A DNA stretch of 64,000 nucleotides from an uncultured bacterium. GTDB taxonomy: Bacteria; Planctomycetota; UBA1135; GCA-002686595. Below the pieces are notes generated by a model, which was not told where the DNA came from, did no database searches, and saw only the letters and a program-made list of their open reading frames with translations. Location of the stretch: contig CALSNU010000004.1 of the NCBI GenBank assembly GCA_943787795.1, forward strand, positions 576,001 through 640,000. The letters are read 5' to 3'. This document shows positions 40,624 through 51,045 of this stretch, in pieces. Numbering within the stretch: the first letter of the stretch is position 1; each line of letters begins with the position of its first letter. The translations under genes and the position numbers were made by a program.

Positions 40624-41235
40624 ATGCCGCCCTCCCGCCAGACCCGCGACCCGGCCACGCCCCTCAGGGAGGCCATCCTCCAGGAAGCGCGTACGCTCCT
40701 GGAGAGCGAGGGCTACGCGGCGCTCTCCACGCGGCGGATCGCCTCGGCGGTGGGCTGCACGGCCACGAGCATCTACCTCCACTTCAAGAGCAAGGACTCG
40801 CTGATCTACGCGCTGATCGACGAGGGCTTCGACGAGCTGAACCGTCGGGTGCTCGAAGTCTCGCAGGGTGAGGGCACCGCGCTCGACCTCCTCCGGGACG
40901 TCGCGCTGGCCTACGTGGACTTCGGGCTCGAGCGTCCGGAGTACTACGAGATCATGTTCATGCTCCGCGCCGAGCAGATGGAGCGCTACCCCGTGGACGC
41001 CTACCGGAGGGCGCGCAGGAGCCTGGAGGTCTTCGCGGAGCTGACCGCCCTCCCCGCGGAGGAAGCGGCCCGCCGCGGGGCCATCGTCTGGTCCACGCTG
41101 CACGGCCTCGTCTCGCTCCTGATCGCCCAGCGCATCGACATCAGCCTCGACCGCTCGGCGCTCATCGAGGACTCGATTCACTCCGCCTGTCTCGGCGCCT
41201 TCGCGGCGCTCCCCTCTGGAGCCAACCGCACCTGA
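40624..41235 (+). CDS. TetR family regulator (WHG-type C-domain)
   Basis: LSTRRIASAVGCTATSIYLHFKSK; WSTLHGLVSL. Confidence 0.92.
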   Translation: MPPSRQTRDPATPLREAILQEARTLLESEGYAALSTRRIASAVGCTATSIYLHFKSKDSLIYALIDEGFDELNRRVLEVSQGEGTALDLLRDVALAYVDFGLERPEYYEIMFMLRAEQMERYPVDAYRRARRSLEVFAELTALPAEEAARRGAIVWSTLHGLVSLLIAQRIDISLDRSALIEDSIHSACLGAFAALPSGANRT

Positions 41236-41312
41236 CCCACCGACGCCCACCGGATGTCCCACCGCATCCCGGGCCGCCGGCTCAACCGCTAGCCACCGCC
41301 ACCGCTGCCATC

Positions 41313-43862
41313 ATGACTGCTCCCTTCGCCCTGATCGGATTCCTCAGCGCCGTGAACCCTCTCTGGGTCCTGCTCGGCGTCCTCTTCGTCGCCCTGGCCC
41401 TCGGCTTCGTCGCCGCACCGCTCGCGGCCTGGACCGCGTTTGGCGCCTTGCTGGTCACGGGGCTCCTGAGCTGGAAGTGGCTGCTGGCCTACGCGGCTGT
41501 CATGACGGTCTTCAACGTCCCGGCCATCCGGCGCGTCCTGATCTCCGGCCCCGTGATGGCGATCATGAAGGCCCTGAAGTTCCTGCCGGTCATCTCCGAG
41601 ACCGAGCGGACCGCGCTGACGGCCGGCACGGTCTGGATCGACGGCGAGCTCTTCAGCGGCAACCCGGACTGGAACAAGCTCGTGAAGGAGCCCTACCCCG
41701 ACCTCACGGACGAGGAGCGCGAGTTCCTCGACGGTCCGTGCGAGGAGGTCTGCCGGATGACCGACGACTGGGAGGTCTTCCAGACGCGCGACCTCCCCGA
41801 GTCCGTGTGGCAGTACCTCAAGGACGAGGGCTTCTTCGGCCTGATCATCCCCAAGGAGTACGGGGGCAAGGGCTTCACGGCCTCCATGAACAGCGCGGTG
41901 GTGGCCAAGCTCTCCTCGAGATCTGGCCCCCTCGGGATCACGGTCATGGTCCCCAACTCCCTGGGCCCGGCCGAGCTCCTCACCCACTACGGCACCCAGG
42001 AGCAGAAGGACCATTACCTCCCGCGTCTCGCCAAGGGCATCGACATGCCGTGCTTCGCGCTCACCGAGTCGAACGCCGGCTCGGACGCGGGCGCCATGTC
42101 CTCGTCGGGCGAGGTCTTCGAACGTGACGGTGAGCTCTGGGTCCGCCTCAACTGGCGCAAGCGCTACATCACGCTGGCCGCCATCTCGACGGTCCTCGGC
42201 CTCGCCTTCCGCCTCCGCGACCCGAACAACCACCTCGGCAAGGGCGAGGACGTCGGGATCACCTGCGCGCTGATCCCCTCTGACGCGCCCGGCGTGGTCC
42301 TTGGCAAGCGCCACGACCCGCTCGGAGTCCCCTTCTACAACTGCCCGACCGAGGGCCACGACGTCGAGGTCCGCCTCAACGAGGTCGTGATCGGCGGCGC
42401 CGAGGGAATTGGCCAGGGCTGGAGGATGCTCATGGAGTGCCTCGCCGCTGGCCGCGGCATCTCGCTGCCCGCGTCGAGCACCGCCACGGTGAAGATGATG
42501 ACCCGGGTCGCCGGCGCCTATTCCGCCGTCCGCAAGCAGTTCGGTATCGCGATCGGCAAGTTCGAGGGCATCGAGGAGGGCCTCGCCCGCATCGCCGGCA
42601 AGACGTACATCCTCGAGGCGGCCCGGCGCACCACGTGCGGCGGACTGGATGACGGCGCCAAGCCCGCCGTCGTCACCGCGATCGCCAAGTACAACTTCAC
42701 CGAGATCGCGCGGCAGACCCTCACCGACGCCATGGACATCCTCGGCGGCAAGGCCATCTCCATGGGGCCGAGGAACCCCCTCGCCCACGCCTACATGGCC
42801 ACGCCGATCAGCGTGACCGTGGAGGGCGCGAACATCCTCACGCGTACCCTCATCGTGTTTGGCCAGGGGGCCATCCGCTGCCACCCCTACGCTTGGGACG
42901 AGGTCCAGGCCGTGGAGAAGGGTGACACCGCAGGGTTCGACCGCGCCTTCTTCGGGCACATCGGACACGTGGTGCGGAACGCCTCGCGCTCGGTGGTGCT
43001 GTCAGCGACCCGCGGGGCGCTGGCGAACTCGCCCGTCACGGGGCCGGCCGCTGGCTACTACAAGAAGCTCTCCTGGGCCTCGGCGTCCTTCGCCACCATG
43101 TCGGACATGGCCATGGCCATGCTCGGGGGCGACCTGAAGCGCAAGGAGGCCCTCACCGGCCGCTTCGCCGACGTCTTCTCGTGGCTCTACCTCGGCAACG
43201 CGGTGCTCCGCCGCTTCGAGGCCGAGGGTCGTCGCAAGGAGGACCTCCCCTACCTCCACTGGTCCATGCAGACCTGCCTGGCCGAGATTCAGAAGGGCTT
43301 CGACGGCATCTTCAGCAACTTCAATGTCCCGCTGCTCGGCTGGTTCTTCCGCGGCCCGATCGCCCTCTGGTCCCGCTTCAACGTGATGTCCACCGGGCCG
43401 AACGACCGCATGATGCAGCGCGTCGCCCGCGCCATGCAGAAGCCCGGGGAGCAGCGAGACCGCATGACCAGCGGCATGTATATCCCCACAGCGCTCGACG
43501 AGGTCATGGGCCAGCTCGAGCACGCGCTCGTGCTCTGCACCGAGGCCGATGAGGTCCAGCGCCGGATCCGCGACGCGGTGAAGAAGAAGAAGATCACCAA
43601 GCGTGCGCCGGACGCCATGGCCGACGACGCCCTGCGCCTCGGGATCATCACCGCCTCGGAGCGGGACCTCCTGGACCGCGCCGGGGAGGCCCGCGCCGCG
43701 GTGGTCGAGGTGGACTCCTTCAGCCTCGAGGCCTACGCCGAGCGGGCCCTCGACCCGACCGTCCCCCTGGGGCTCCGGCGCGTGGGCGATGACCCCCGGC
43801 CGGCCCCCGCCAAGACGGCCTCAGCGGAAGGCACTTCGGGCGACGAGACCAGCGCAGCCTGA
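41313..43862 (+). CDS. fadE: Membrane-anchored acyl-CoA dehydrogenase (FadE/YafH type)
   Basis: ISETE..AL.AGTVW..ELFSG.PDW, VMVPNSLGPAELL, CFALT...AGSDA, TVEGANILTR. Confidence 0.92.
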   Translation: MTAPFALIGFLSAVNPLWVLLGVLFVALALGFVAAPLAAWTAFGALLVTGLLSWKWLLAYAAVMTVFNVPAIRRVLISGPVMAIMKALKFLPVISETERTALTAGTVWIDGELFSGNPDWNKLVKEPYPDLTDEEREFLDGPCEEVCRMTDDWEVFQTRDLPESVWQYLKDEGFFGLIIPKEYGGKGFTASMNSAVVAKLSSRSGPLGITVMVPNSLGPAELLTHYGTQEQKDHYLPRLAKGIDMPCFALTESNAGSDAGAMSSSGEVFERDGELWVRLNWRKRYITLAAISTVLGLAFRLRDPNNHLGKGEDVGITCALIPSDAPGVVLGKRHDPLGVPFYNCPTEGHDVEVRLNEVVIGGAEGIGQGWRMLMECLAAGRGISLPASSTATVKMMTRVAGAYSAVRKQFGIAIGKFEGIEEGLARIAGKTYILEAARRTTCGGLDDGAKPAVVTAIAKYNFTEIARQTLTDAMDILGGKAISMGPRNPLAHAYMATPISVTVEGANILTRTLIVFGQGAIRCHPYAWDEVQAVEKGDTAGFDRAFFGHIGHVVRNASRSVVLSATRGALANSPVTGPAAGYYKKLSWASASFATMSDMAMAMLGGDLKRKEALTGRFADVFSWLYLGNAVLRRFEAEGRRKEDLPYLHWSMQTCLAEIQKGFDGIFSNFNVPLLGWFFRGPIALWSRFNVMSTGPNDRMMQRVARAMQKPGEQRDRMTSGMYIPTALDEVMGQLEHALVLCTEADEVQRRIRDAVKKKKITKRAPDAMADDALRLGIITASERDLLDRAGEARAAVVEVDSFSLEAYAERALDPTVPLGLRRVGDDPRPAPAKTASAEGTSGDETSAA

Positions 43863-44033
43863 GCCGGGGCGGTTTCCCGGGTTCGTTTCCTTGGGGGCGG
43901 AGACGTCCAGAGGCCCGGGTCGCTCGCGACCCGGGCCATAACTTTGCACAATGTTGGGGGTCGTCAGCTCACCAGCGATGGCCTCCCCCTCCATCCCCAT
44001 TCGGACATGGCCCGCCCCCAGGGCCTCCCCCCC

Positions 44034-44810
44034 ATGACCAAGCTCCTCCGAGTCGTCGCCCTTGCAGGCCTCGCCGCCCCTGGCCTGGTGTCCTGCTCCA
44101 TGATCCACAAGGACATCGCGTGGCCGGAGGACATGACCGGGAAGAACCTGATCGGCGTGTCCTCGGGTTGGGCCTTCGCGGAAGCGACCGTGAGCCTCGA
44201 GAACGGCGAGGGTGGACTCGCGACCCCCCCGAACGACGTCGGCAAGTCGACGACCGACCTCGACCCGGTCTTCGGAATGGGGGTCAAGTACTTCCGATAC
44301 CTGACGAACAACTTCCTGCTCGGTGCGATCGTCGAGCACCGGATCTTCGACCCCGAGCCCACGAGCCCGCTGTCCGCGGTCGTGGACCTGGATGACTTCG
44401 GGACCACGCACCTGGTCCTGGAAGCCCGCTATCAGCTGGACCCGATCGACGAGGCCAATCGCCTGCGTCCGTTCGCGGGCGTCCAGGTCGGCTTCGTCCC
44501 CGAGGTCAAGGCCGACGGCGTGGCGCGCTACGGAGCCAACCCCTTCTCCGGGCCCGTCACCGAGGAGATCTCCCTCGAGGGATCGGAGTTCTTCACCCTC
44601 GGCTTCGTGGCTGGCGCCTCGTACCTGATCCAGGAAGGCCTGACCGCCGACTTCGGCGCCTTCTACGAGTACGCGCTGAACCCCACGAAGGACCAGCTGG
44701 TCCTCGACCCCTACCCCGGGGTCCCCGGCTTCGAGGAGCCCTCGACCTACGACGGCGAGCTGTTCGAGTCCGGCATCTACCTGACCTTCGGGCTCACCTG
44801 GACCTTCTGA
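44034..44810 (+). CDS. Outer-membrane beta-barrel protein with lipobox-like signal
   Basis: GLVSC lipobox; alternating beta-strands; C-terminal YLTFGLTWTF beta-signal. Confidence 0.7.
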   Translation: MTKLLRVVALAGLAAPGLVSCSMIHKDIAWPEDMTGKNLIGVSSGWAFAEATVSLENGEGGLATPPNDVGKSTTDLDPVFGMGVKYFRYLTNNFLLGAIVEHRIFDPEPTSPLSAVVDLDDFGTTHLVLEARYQLDPIDEANRLRPFAGVQVGFVPEVKADGVARYGANPFSGPVTEEISLEGSEFFTLGFVAGASYLIQEGLTADFGAFYEYALNPTKDQLVLDPYPGVPGFEEPSTYDGELFESGIYLTFGLTWTF

Positions 44811-44868
44811 TCTGAGGGCGAGTGGCCCCTAGGGGGCCGGCCGCCTCCACGACGCTTGACCGCAAACA

Positions 44869-44904
44869 AAGGGCGGGCTCCCGGTGATCCGGGAGCCCGC
44901 CCTT
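44869..44904. terminator. Perfect 16-bp hairpin, probably a bidirectional terminator
   Basis: AAGGGCGGGCTCCCGG-TGAT-CCGGGAGCCCGCCCTT between convergent genes. Confidence 0.85.
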
Positions 44905-44953
44905 CTGCGTTGGAGGCGGCCAGGCCGAGCCCGGACGCGCGCGCCTCGCTCCT

Positions 44954-46651
44954 CTAGCCGTTCTGCTCTTCCCGGTCGCGAAGCTCGCGGCGCAGGATCT
45001 TCATGACCGAGCTCTTGGGGAGCTCCTCCATGAACTCGACCTTGCGGGGGATCTTGTACGCGGCGAGCTGCTCGCGCGCGTACGCCTCTACCTCCTCGGC
45101 GGTCAGCGAGGCGCCCTCGTTGAGGACGATGAAGGACTTGACCGTCTCCCCGCGCTCAGCGTCAGGGACGCCGATGGTCGCGGCCTCGAGGATCGCGGGG
45201 TGCCCCATGAGCACCTCGTCCACCTCGTCGGGGAACACCTTGAGGCCCGAGCAGTTGATCATGTCCTTCTTCCGACCACAGATCTTGAAGAAGCCGTCCT
45301 CGTCCATGGAGGCGAGGTCACCGGTGTGCATCCAGCCGCCGGCCAGCACCTCCGCCGACTCCTCCTCGCGGTTCCAGTAGCCCTGCATGACCTGGGGGCC
45401 CCGCACCAGGAGCTCGCCCTCTTCGCCCACGCCGAGCTCCTTGGAGTCGTCATCGGCGTCCACGATCTTCGAGTCGGTGCTCGAGACGGGGATCCCGATG
45501 GAGCCGATCTTGCGCGTGCCATAGAGCGGATTCACGTGGGTCACGGGCGAGGTCTCGCTCATACCGAAGCCCTCGATGATGGTCGACTTCGTCAGCGCCT
45601 CGAACTTCTCCTGCACGTCCTTCGCGATGGGCGCTGAGCCGGAGAAGCAGGACTTGACGCTGGTCATGTCGAGGTTCTCCACGCCGGGGAAGTTGTTGAT
45701 GGCGTTGAAGAGCGCGGGGACGCCAGGGAAGAGCGTGACCCTGTGCTTGGTGATGGCCTTCACCAGCGCGGGGATGTCCCGCGGGTTCGGCACCAGCACC
45801 ATCTTGGAGCCGGACCAGATGGACCAGTTCATCCCGACCGAGAGGCCGAAGACGTGGAACAGCGGCAGACAGATGAGCGTCGACTCGTTACCCGGGTCCA
45901 CCTTGGGGAACCAGGAGTGGATCTGCTGCGCGTTACAGGAGAGGTTGCGGTGCGTGAGCACCGCGCCCTTGGAGAGGCCCGTGGTCCCGCCGGTGTACTG
46001 CAGGACCGCGATGTCGTCGGGCGTCACGTCCAGCGAGGGGGGCGTGGGCGGCGCGCCCTCCACGAGCGGCTTGAACTCGTGGACGCCAGGGGCCGGCTTG
46101 ACCTTGGCGTAGCGCTTCGGCTTCGCCCGCGCCAGCTTGAGGGGCGCCAGCAGGTTGAGGGGGAAGCGCAGGTAGTCCGGGATGTGCGCGACCACGTACG
46201 TCTTGGGCCGCAGCTTCGCGCGGTTCGGCTCGAGGGTCTCCTCCCAGATGAAGTCGGCGACGATGGCGAGGTCGCAGTCCGCGTCCTTCCACTGATGCTC
46301 GATCTCACGCAGCGTATAGAGCGGGTTGGTCATCACCACCTCCGCCCCCGCCCTGAGCGCGCCGTGGAAGGCGATGATGGCCTGGGGGATATTCGGGAGC
46401 TGGATCGCCACCCGCGTCCCCTTCTCCACGCCCAGCCCGCGCAGCGCCGCTGCACACCGCCGCACCTTTTCGTTGAGCTCGCTGTAAGTGAACGAGCAGT
46501 TGAGGAAGGTCAGGGCTGGTCGGTCGCCCCAGGCCTTCGCCGCTCGTTCCGTGTATTCGTTGAGCGTGATGTCCTCAAACGCGAGATCGACGGGGACTCC
46601 CTCGTCGTAGTGAGCGTGCCAGGACCTGGATTCCATGGGTTCGGGTGCCAT
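44954..46651 (-). CDS. fadD: Long-chain fatty acid-CoA ligase
   Basis: LQYTGGTTGLSKG, EGFGMSETSP, GPQVMQGYW, TGDL, RKKDMI, LPKS. Confidence 0.92.
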   Translation of the reverse strand: MAPEPMESRSWHAHYDEGVPVDLAFEDITLNEYTERAAKAWGDRPALTFLNCSFTYSELNEKVRRCAAALRGLGVEKGTRVAIQLPNIPQAIIAFHGALRAGAEVVMTNPLYTLREIEHQWKDADCDLAIVADFIWEETLEPNRAKLRPKTYVVAHIPDYLRFPLNLLAPLKLARAKPKRYAKVKPAPGVHEFKPLVEGAPPTPPSLDVTPDDIAVLQYTGGTTGLSKGAVLTHRNLSCNAQQIHSWFPKVDPGNESTLICLPLFHVFGLSVGMNWSIWSGSKMVLVPNPRDIPALVKAITKHRVTLFPGVPALFNAINNFPGVENLDMTSVKSCFSGSAPIAKDVQEKFEALTKSTIIEGFGMSETSPVTHVNPLYGTRKIGSIGIPVSSTDSKIVDADDDSKELGVGEEGELLVRGPQVMQGYWNREEESAEVLAGGWMHTGDLASMDEDGFFKICGRKKDMINCSGLKVFPDEVDEVLMGHPAILEAATIGVPDAERGETVKSFIVLNEGASLTAEEVEAYAREQLAAYKIPRKVEFMEELPKSSVMKILRRELRDREEQNG

Positions 46652-46772
46652 GGTTCCGAGCATACAACCGCGATCCCGCCGTCCGAAGCATCTCGCTCAG
46701 GGGAGCAAATGCGAGCCCCTTGCTCTCATCTGGCTGGCGTTCCGGGTATCCAGTGCCCAGACTGTCGCGCCG

Positions 46773-48122
46773 ATGGCGGACCAGTCTGCAACCCAAGCCA
46801 GCGACGCTTCACCGAGCGGCGCGACCTCGTGGCCTTCCAGGGACGCGTTCGAGGTGCCTGCGATCGGCTCGTGGACGTACCGCCTGATGATCCGCTGGGG
46901 GTGGCTGCTGATGCGGACCCACTTCCGCATCGAGATCCGCGGCGAGGCGTTCCCCACGAACGGACCCGTGGTGATCATTCAGAATCACTCGAACGGGCTG
47001 GGTGACGCTCACTTCCCCATGTCCGCGACCCGGCGCCCGATCCGGGTCCTGGTGAAGTACAGCCTGCTGAAGATGCCGCTGGTCGGGTACGTCCTGCGCA
47101 ACATCGACGCGATCCCGATGTACCGCAAGAAGGACGGAGTCGACACGCGCCAGAACGCGTCGTCCTTCGAGGCCATTGATACGGCGCTGCTCGATGGCGC
47201 CGTCATCGCCATCTTCCCCGAGGGCGAGAGCCTGAACTCGCACCGCCTTCGACCGCTCAAGTCCGGCATGGCCAGGATGCTGGTGAGCGCCTTCGAGGCG
47301 TCGGACAACAAGCTCAACCCGATCGTCGTCCCTGTGGGAGTTACCTACGAGGACCGCGACCGGTTCCGCTCGACAGCGAGCGCGGTGATGGGCGAGCCCT
47401 TCGAGGTCGTGCCGATCATCGAACGCGCCGGGTTCGAATTCCGGGTCGCCATCCGAGCGATCATGAAGGAGTCCCGGGCGCGAATGGAGAAGCTGACGAT
47501 CCAGGCGGACTCCGAGGAGGAGTGGCGAGCGGCAGTGGGTCTGGAACGAATCCTCCCGAGGAGCTCTGCCCCCATCGGGATGCGCCAGATCGAAGCCCTC
47601 AAGGCGCTGCGCAGGGACACCGGCGAAGGCGCGGAGCGGCGACGCGAGATCATCGACAAGGTCGGCGACTCGCTGCGGCGCGCGCGCCTCAGCGGCGATG
47701 AGATCCTCGCCCCGACGCCGGGCTGGCTCAGCATCGCTCTCCCCCTGCTGGCGTTGAGCCCGCTGCTCATCCTGGCCCTCGCCGTCTGGGGACTCCCGGT
47801 GCTCCTCTCCGAGCGCGCTTCGCTTCGGGCTCCAACGCCCGACAAGATGGTGACCGTTCGACTGCTCGGAAACTTCGTCCTCGTCCCCGCCCTCGCGGTC
47901 CTCACCGCGGTCACGCTCGGCCTCACGGTGAGCCTCGCTGCGGGGGGCGCGTGGCTGCTCGCGGCCTTGCTCAGCGTCGCCACATTTACGTGGTCGTACG
48001 ACCACGCCGCCGCGGCCATGGCTCGCTGGCGTCGACGGGTCATTGCCCGAACCTCCGGGGGAACAGAGTCGATCCCGGGCGCGCTTCGCTCGATACGCGA
48101 AGCGTTCGCCGTCCGGCGCTGA
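46773..48122 (+). CDS. Glycerol-phosphate/lysophospholipid acyltransferase family protein with C-terminal TMs
   Basis: NHSNGLGD (HxxxxD), IFPEGES, LKSG.AR. Confidence 0.85.
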   Translation: MADQSATQASDASPSGATSWPSRDAFEVPAIGSWTYRLMIRWGWLLMRTHFRIEIRGEAFPTNGPVVIIQNHSNGLGDAHFPMSATRRPIRVLVKYSLLKMPLVGYVLRNIDAIPMYRKKDGVDTRQNASSFEAIDTALLDGAVIAIFPEGESLNSHRLRPLKSGMARMLVSAFEASDNKLNPIVVPVGVTYEDRDRFRSTASAVMGEPFEVVPIIERAGFEFRVAIRAIMKESRARMEKLTIQADSEEEWRAAVGLERILPRSSAPIGMRQIEALKALRRDTGEGAERRREIIDKVGDSLRRARLSGDEILAPTPGWLSIALPLLALSPLLILALAVWGLPVLLSERASLRAPTPDKMVTVRLLGNFVLVPALAVLTAVTLGLTVSLAAGGAWLLAALLSVATFTWSYDHAAAAMARWRRRVIARTSGGTESIPGALRSIREAFAVRR

Positions 48123-48202
48123 GTTGAGCGCGCTTCAGCGGAGTCCGGTCCGCCGGAGGGGCACCCGCAGGCTTAAACTCGGTCCTCAGACCGGTCACCC
48201 GC

Positions 48203-49600
48203 TTGCTGCTTCGCCCCTCAACAATTCGCCTCACCGCGCGCCGCTGCGACGCTCGCCTGCCCTTCCGCTTCGGCATCGCGACGATGACGCAGGCGCCGAT
48301 GCTGATCGCAGAGCTCGAGGTAGAGACCGAGGCCGGGATGGTCGTCGGACGCGCGGGAGAGCTGCTGGTCCCCAAGTGGTTCTCCAAGGACCCCTCCACC
48401 TCGATCGAGGACGACCGGCGTGACCTGATCGACGCCGCACGGCTCGCCTTTGACGAGGTCCGCACCTTCGGCTCGGTGGGCGGCGGAGCCACGGCCTTTG
48501 ACCTCTGGGCCCACGCCCAGATGGCGTGCGTGGAGCGCCCGGACGTGGCGGCGGCCGACCGTCTCGTCCGCACGTTTGGGGTCTCGCTCATTGAACGCGC
48601 CCTGATTGACGCCACCTGCACGGCGCTGTCCAAGTCGTTCTTCGACACCCTCGCCGAGGACGCCCTCGGCATCCGCATGGAGGCCTTCGACGAGCGGCTG
48701 GGTGGTTGGAGCGCGGCTTCCCTCGGGCGCAGGTCTCAGTCCGTGCGCGTCCGCCATACGGTCGGCCTGGTGGACGCCCTCACCGATCAGGAGGTGCCCG
48801 ACGAGGACCGAAGAGGAGACGATCACCCGGTCTGCCTGACCGAGGACATCGCCGCGTTCGGGCTCGACTGCTTCAAGCTCAAGGTCTCCGGCTCGGCCGA
48901 GGCCGACCTCGCGAGGCTGGAGACCATCGCCTCGATCACACCTGAGGGCGCGCACTTCACGCTGGACGGGAACGAGCAGTACCAAGACCCCGCACAGCTC
49001 GCGGCCATGCTCGACGAGCTCGAGGATCGCGGCAACGCTCCAGGCCTCCTCTCAGGCCTCCTCGCGATCGAGCAGCCCGTCCATCGGGCGAGCACCTTCG
49101 CGCCCCAGACCGCCGCCGGCGTGGCCCGGCTCGCGGAGCGCGCGCCGGTCATCATTGACGAGGCTGACGCCGACCTCTCCGCGTACCCGCGCGCACGCGC
49201 CCTCGGCTACGGCGGCGTCTCCATGAAGGCCTGCAAGGGCGTCTTCCGCGCGCTCCTCGCGCGGGCTCGTATCGACGCCGACGGCGAGGGCATGCAGTCT
49301 GCCGAGGATCTCACCAACCTCCCGGTCCTCCCCCTGCATCAGGACCTCGCCATGGTCTCGGCGCTGGGCCTCCCGCACGTCGAGCGCAACGGCCACCACT
49401 ACTTCCTCGGCCAGGCCCACCTGTCCGAAGGGGAGCGCGCGCAGCTCCAGGCGGCCCACGGCACGCTCTACTCGCCTGCGGGCAAGCTTCGAATCGAAGA
49501 TGGCCGCCTCGACCTCTCCTCCCTGGCGGTCCCCGGCTTCGGCTACGCGGGCCCCGTCACCATGTCCGTCGGCGAGACGGTCGCTGAGAACCCCGCATGA
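48203..49600 (+). CDS. Enolase-superfamily (mandelate racemase-like) protein
   Basis: FKLKV, TLDGNEQ, IEQP, IIDE acidic metal ligands; EDL, ERNGHHY. Confidence 0.8.
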   Translation: MLLRPSTIRLTARRCDARLPFRFGIATMTQAPMLIAELEVETEAGMVVGRAGELLVPKWFSKDPSTSIEDDRRDLIDAARLAFDEVRTFGSVGGGATAFDLWAHAQMACVERPDVAAADRLVRTFGVSLIERALIDATCTALSKSFFDTLAEDALGIRMEAFDERLGGWSAASLGRRSQSVRVRHTVGLVDALTDQEVPDEDRRGDDHPVCLTEDIAAFGLDCFKLKVSGSAEADLARLETIASITPEGAHFTLDGNEQYQDPAQLAAMLDELEDRGNAPGLLSGLLAIEQPVHRASTFAPQTAAGVARLAERAPVIIDEADADLSAYPRARALGYGGVSMKACKGVFRALLARARIDADGEGMQSAEDLTNLPVLPLHQDLAMVSALGLPHVERNGHHYFLGQAHLSEGERAQLQAAHGTLYSPAGKLRIEDGRLDLSSLAVPGFGYAGPVTMSVGETVAENPA

Positions 49601-51045
49601 AGTTCAAGCTGCCCGGCTCGTTCCGAACCCCCGAGGACTTCCGCGGGCGCCTCGCGGAACTCGGCCTCGCTGTGGCCCTCGATGACGCGTGCGAGGGCGC
49701 CGAGGGCCCCCTCGGCCAGCCCCTGGAGTGGGCCCCTGGCCGCCAGCTGGCCAACCGCTTCGCGATCCACCCGATGGAGGGCTGGGACGGGACTCGGGAC
49801 GGCTCCCCCTCCGACCTGACCCTGCGGCGCTGGCGCCGCTTCGGCCGCAGCGGCGCCGCCCTGATCTGGGGCGGAGAGGCGTACGCCGTCCAGGCCGACG
49901 GTCGCGCCAACCCCAACCAGCTCTACCTCGATGACGAGGAGAAGGCCGTCCGTGAACTCGGGACGCTCCTGGACGAGATCCGACAGGGTCGCCGGGAGAT
50001 CGGCGCTGGGGACGACCTGGGACCCGTCGGGCTCCAGCTCACGCACTCGGGGCGGTGGTCACGGCCAGAGGGTCCCATGGCCCCGCGCCCAGCGACCCGT
50101 GATGCGCTCCTGGACGCCCGCGCCGGCGCAGACGTGGAGATCCTCACCGACGACGAGCTGCGCCATATCCAGGACCGCTACGTGCTCGCCGCCCGCGCGG
50201 CGGCCCGCGCGGGCTTCGAGTTCGTGGACGTCAAGGCGTGCCACGGCTACCTCCTGCACGAGCTGCTCGGCGCGCGTCAGCGGCCCGGCCCCTACGGCGG
50301 GCCGGACTTCGAGGACCGCACGCGCTTCTTCGTGGAGCTCGTCGAGCGCATCCGCGCCGAGCTCCCGGGCCTTGAGATCGGCTGCCGCGTCTCCCTCGCC
50401 GACGTGGTCCCCCACCAGCCGAGCACCGACCACGAGGATCGCCGCGGCGAGCCCGCCGCCCTGAGCTGGCGCCACGGCTTCGGGGTGGACCACGACGACC
50501 CGACGCGAATCGACATGGAGGAGCCCAAGCGCTTCCTCGCGCTGCTCGAGTCCCTCGGCGTCCGGCTGGTCAACGTGACCCTGGGCTCGCCCTACTACAA
50601 CCCCCACCTGCAGCGCCCCGCCGCCTACCCGCCCAGCGACGGCTACCAGCCCTTCGCCGACCCCCTGGTCTTCGTGGGCGCCCACCTGGACATCGTGCGC
50701 GAGGCCAAGGCCGCGCACCCAGGCCTCGTCTTCGTAGGCACCGGCTACACCTACCTCATGGACTGGCTCCCCCACGTGGCCCAGGCCGAGGTGCGCGCCG
50801 GACACGTGGATCTGGTGGGGCTGGGCCGCATGGTGCTCTCCTACCCCGAGCTCCCCAGGGACGTGCTCGATGGGCGGCCCATGCCGCGCAAGCTCATCTG
50901 CCGCACCTTCAGCGACTGCACCACCGCGCCGCGCAACGGCATGGTCAGCGGCTGCTACCCCCTGGACCCCGACTACAAGGACCGCCCCGAGCGCGATCGC
51001 CTCGAGGAGATCAAGCGCGCGCTCAAGGAGAGCAGCAAGGCATGA
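49597..51045 (+). CDS. NADH:flavin oxidoreductase (Old Yellow Enzyme family)
   Basis: NRFAIHPMEG, QLTHSGR, AGF..VDVKACHGYL..E.L, CRTFSDC. Confidence 0.88.
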   Translation: MKFKLPGSFRTPEDFRGRLAELGLAVALDDACEGAEGPLGQPLEWAPGRQLANRFAIHPMEGWDGTRDGSPSDLTLRRWRRFGRSGAALIWGGEAYAVQADGRANPNQLYLDDEEKAVRELGTLLDEIRQGRREIGAGDDLGPVGLQLTHSGRWSRPEGPMAPRPATRDALLDARAGADVEILTDDELRHIQDRYVLAARAAARAGFEFVDVKACHGYLLHELLGARQRPGPYGGPDFEDRTRFFVELVERIRAELPGLEIGCRVSLADVVPHQPSTDHEDRRGEPAALSWRHGFGVDHDDPTRIDMEEPKRFLALLESLGVRLVNVTLGSPYYNPHLQRPAAYPPSDGYQPFADPLVFVGAHLDIVREAKAAHPGLVFVGTGYTYLMDWLPHVAQAEVRAGHVDLVGLGRMVLSYPELPRDVLDGRPMPRKLICRTFSDCTTAPRNGMVSGCYPLDPDYKDRPERDRLEEIKRALKESSKA

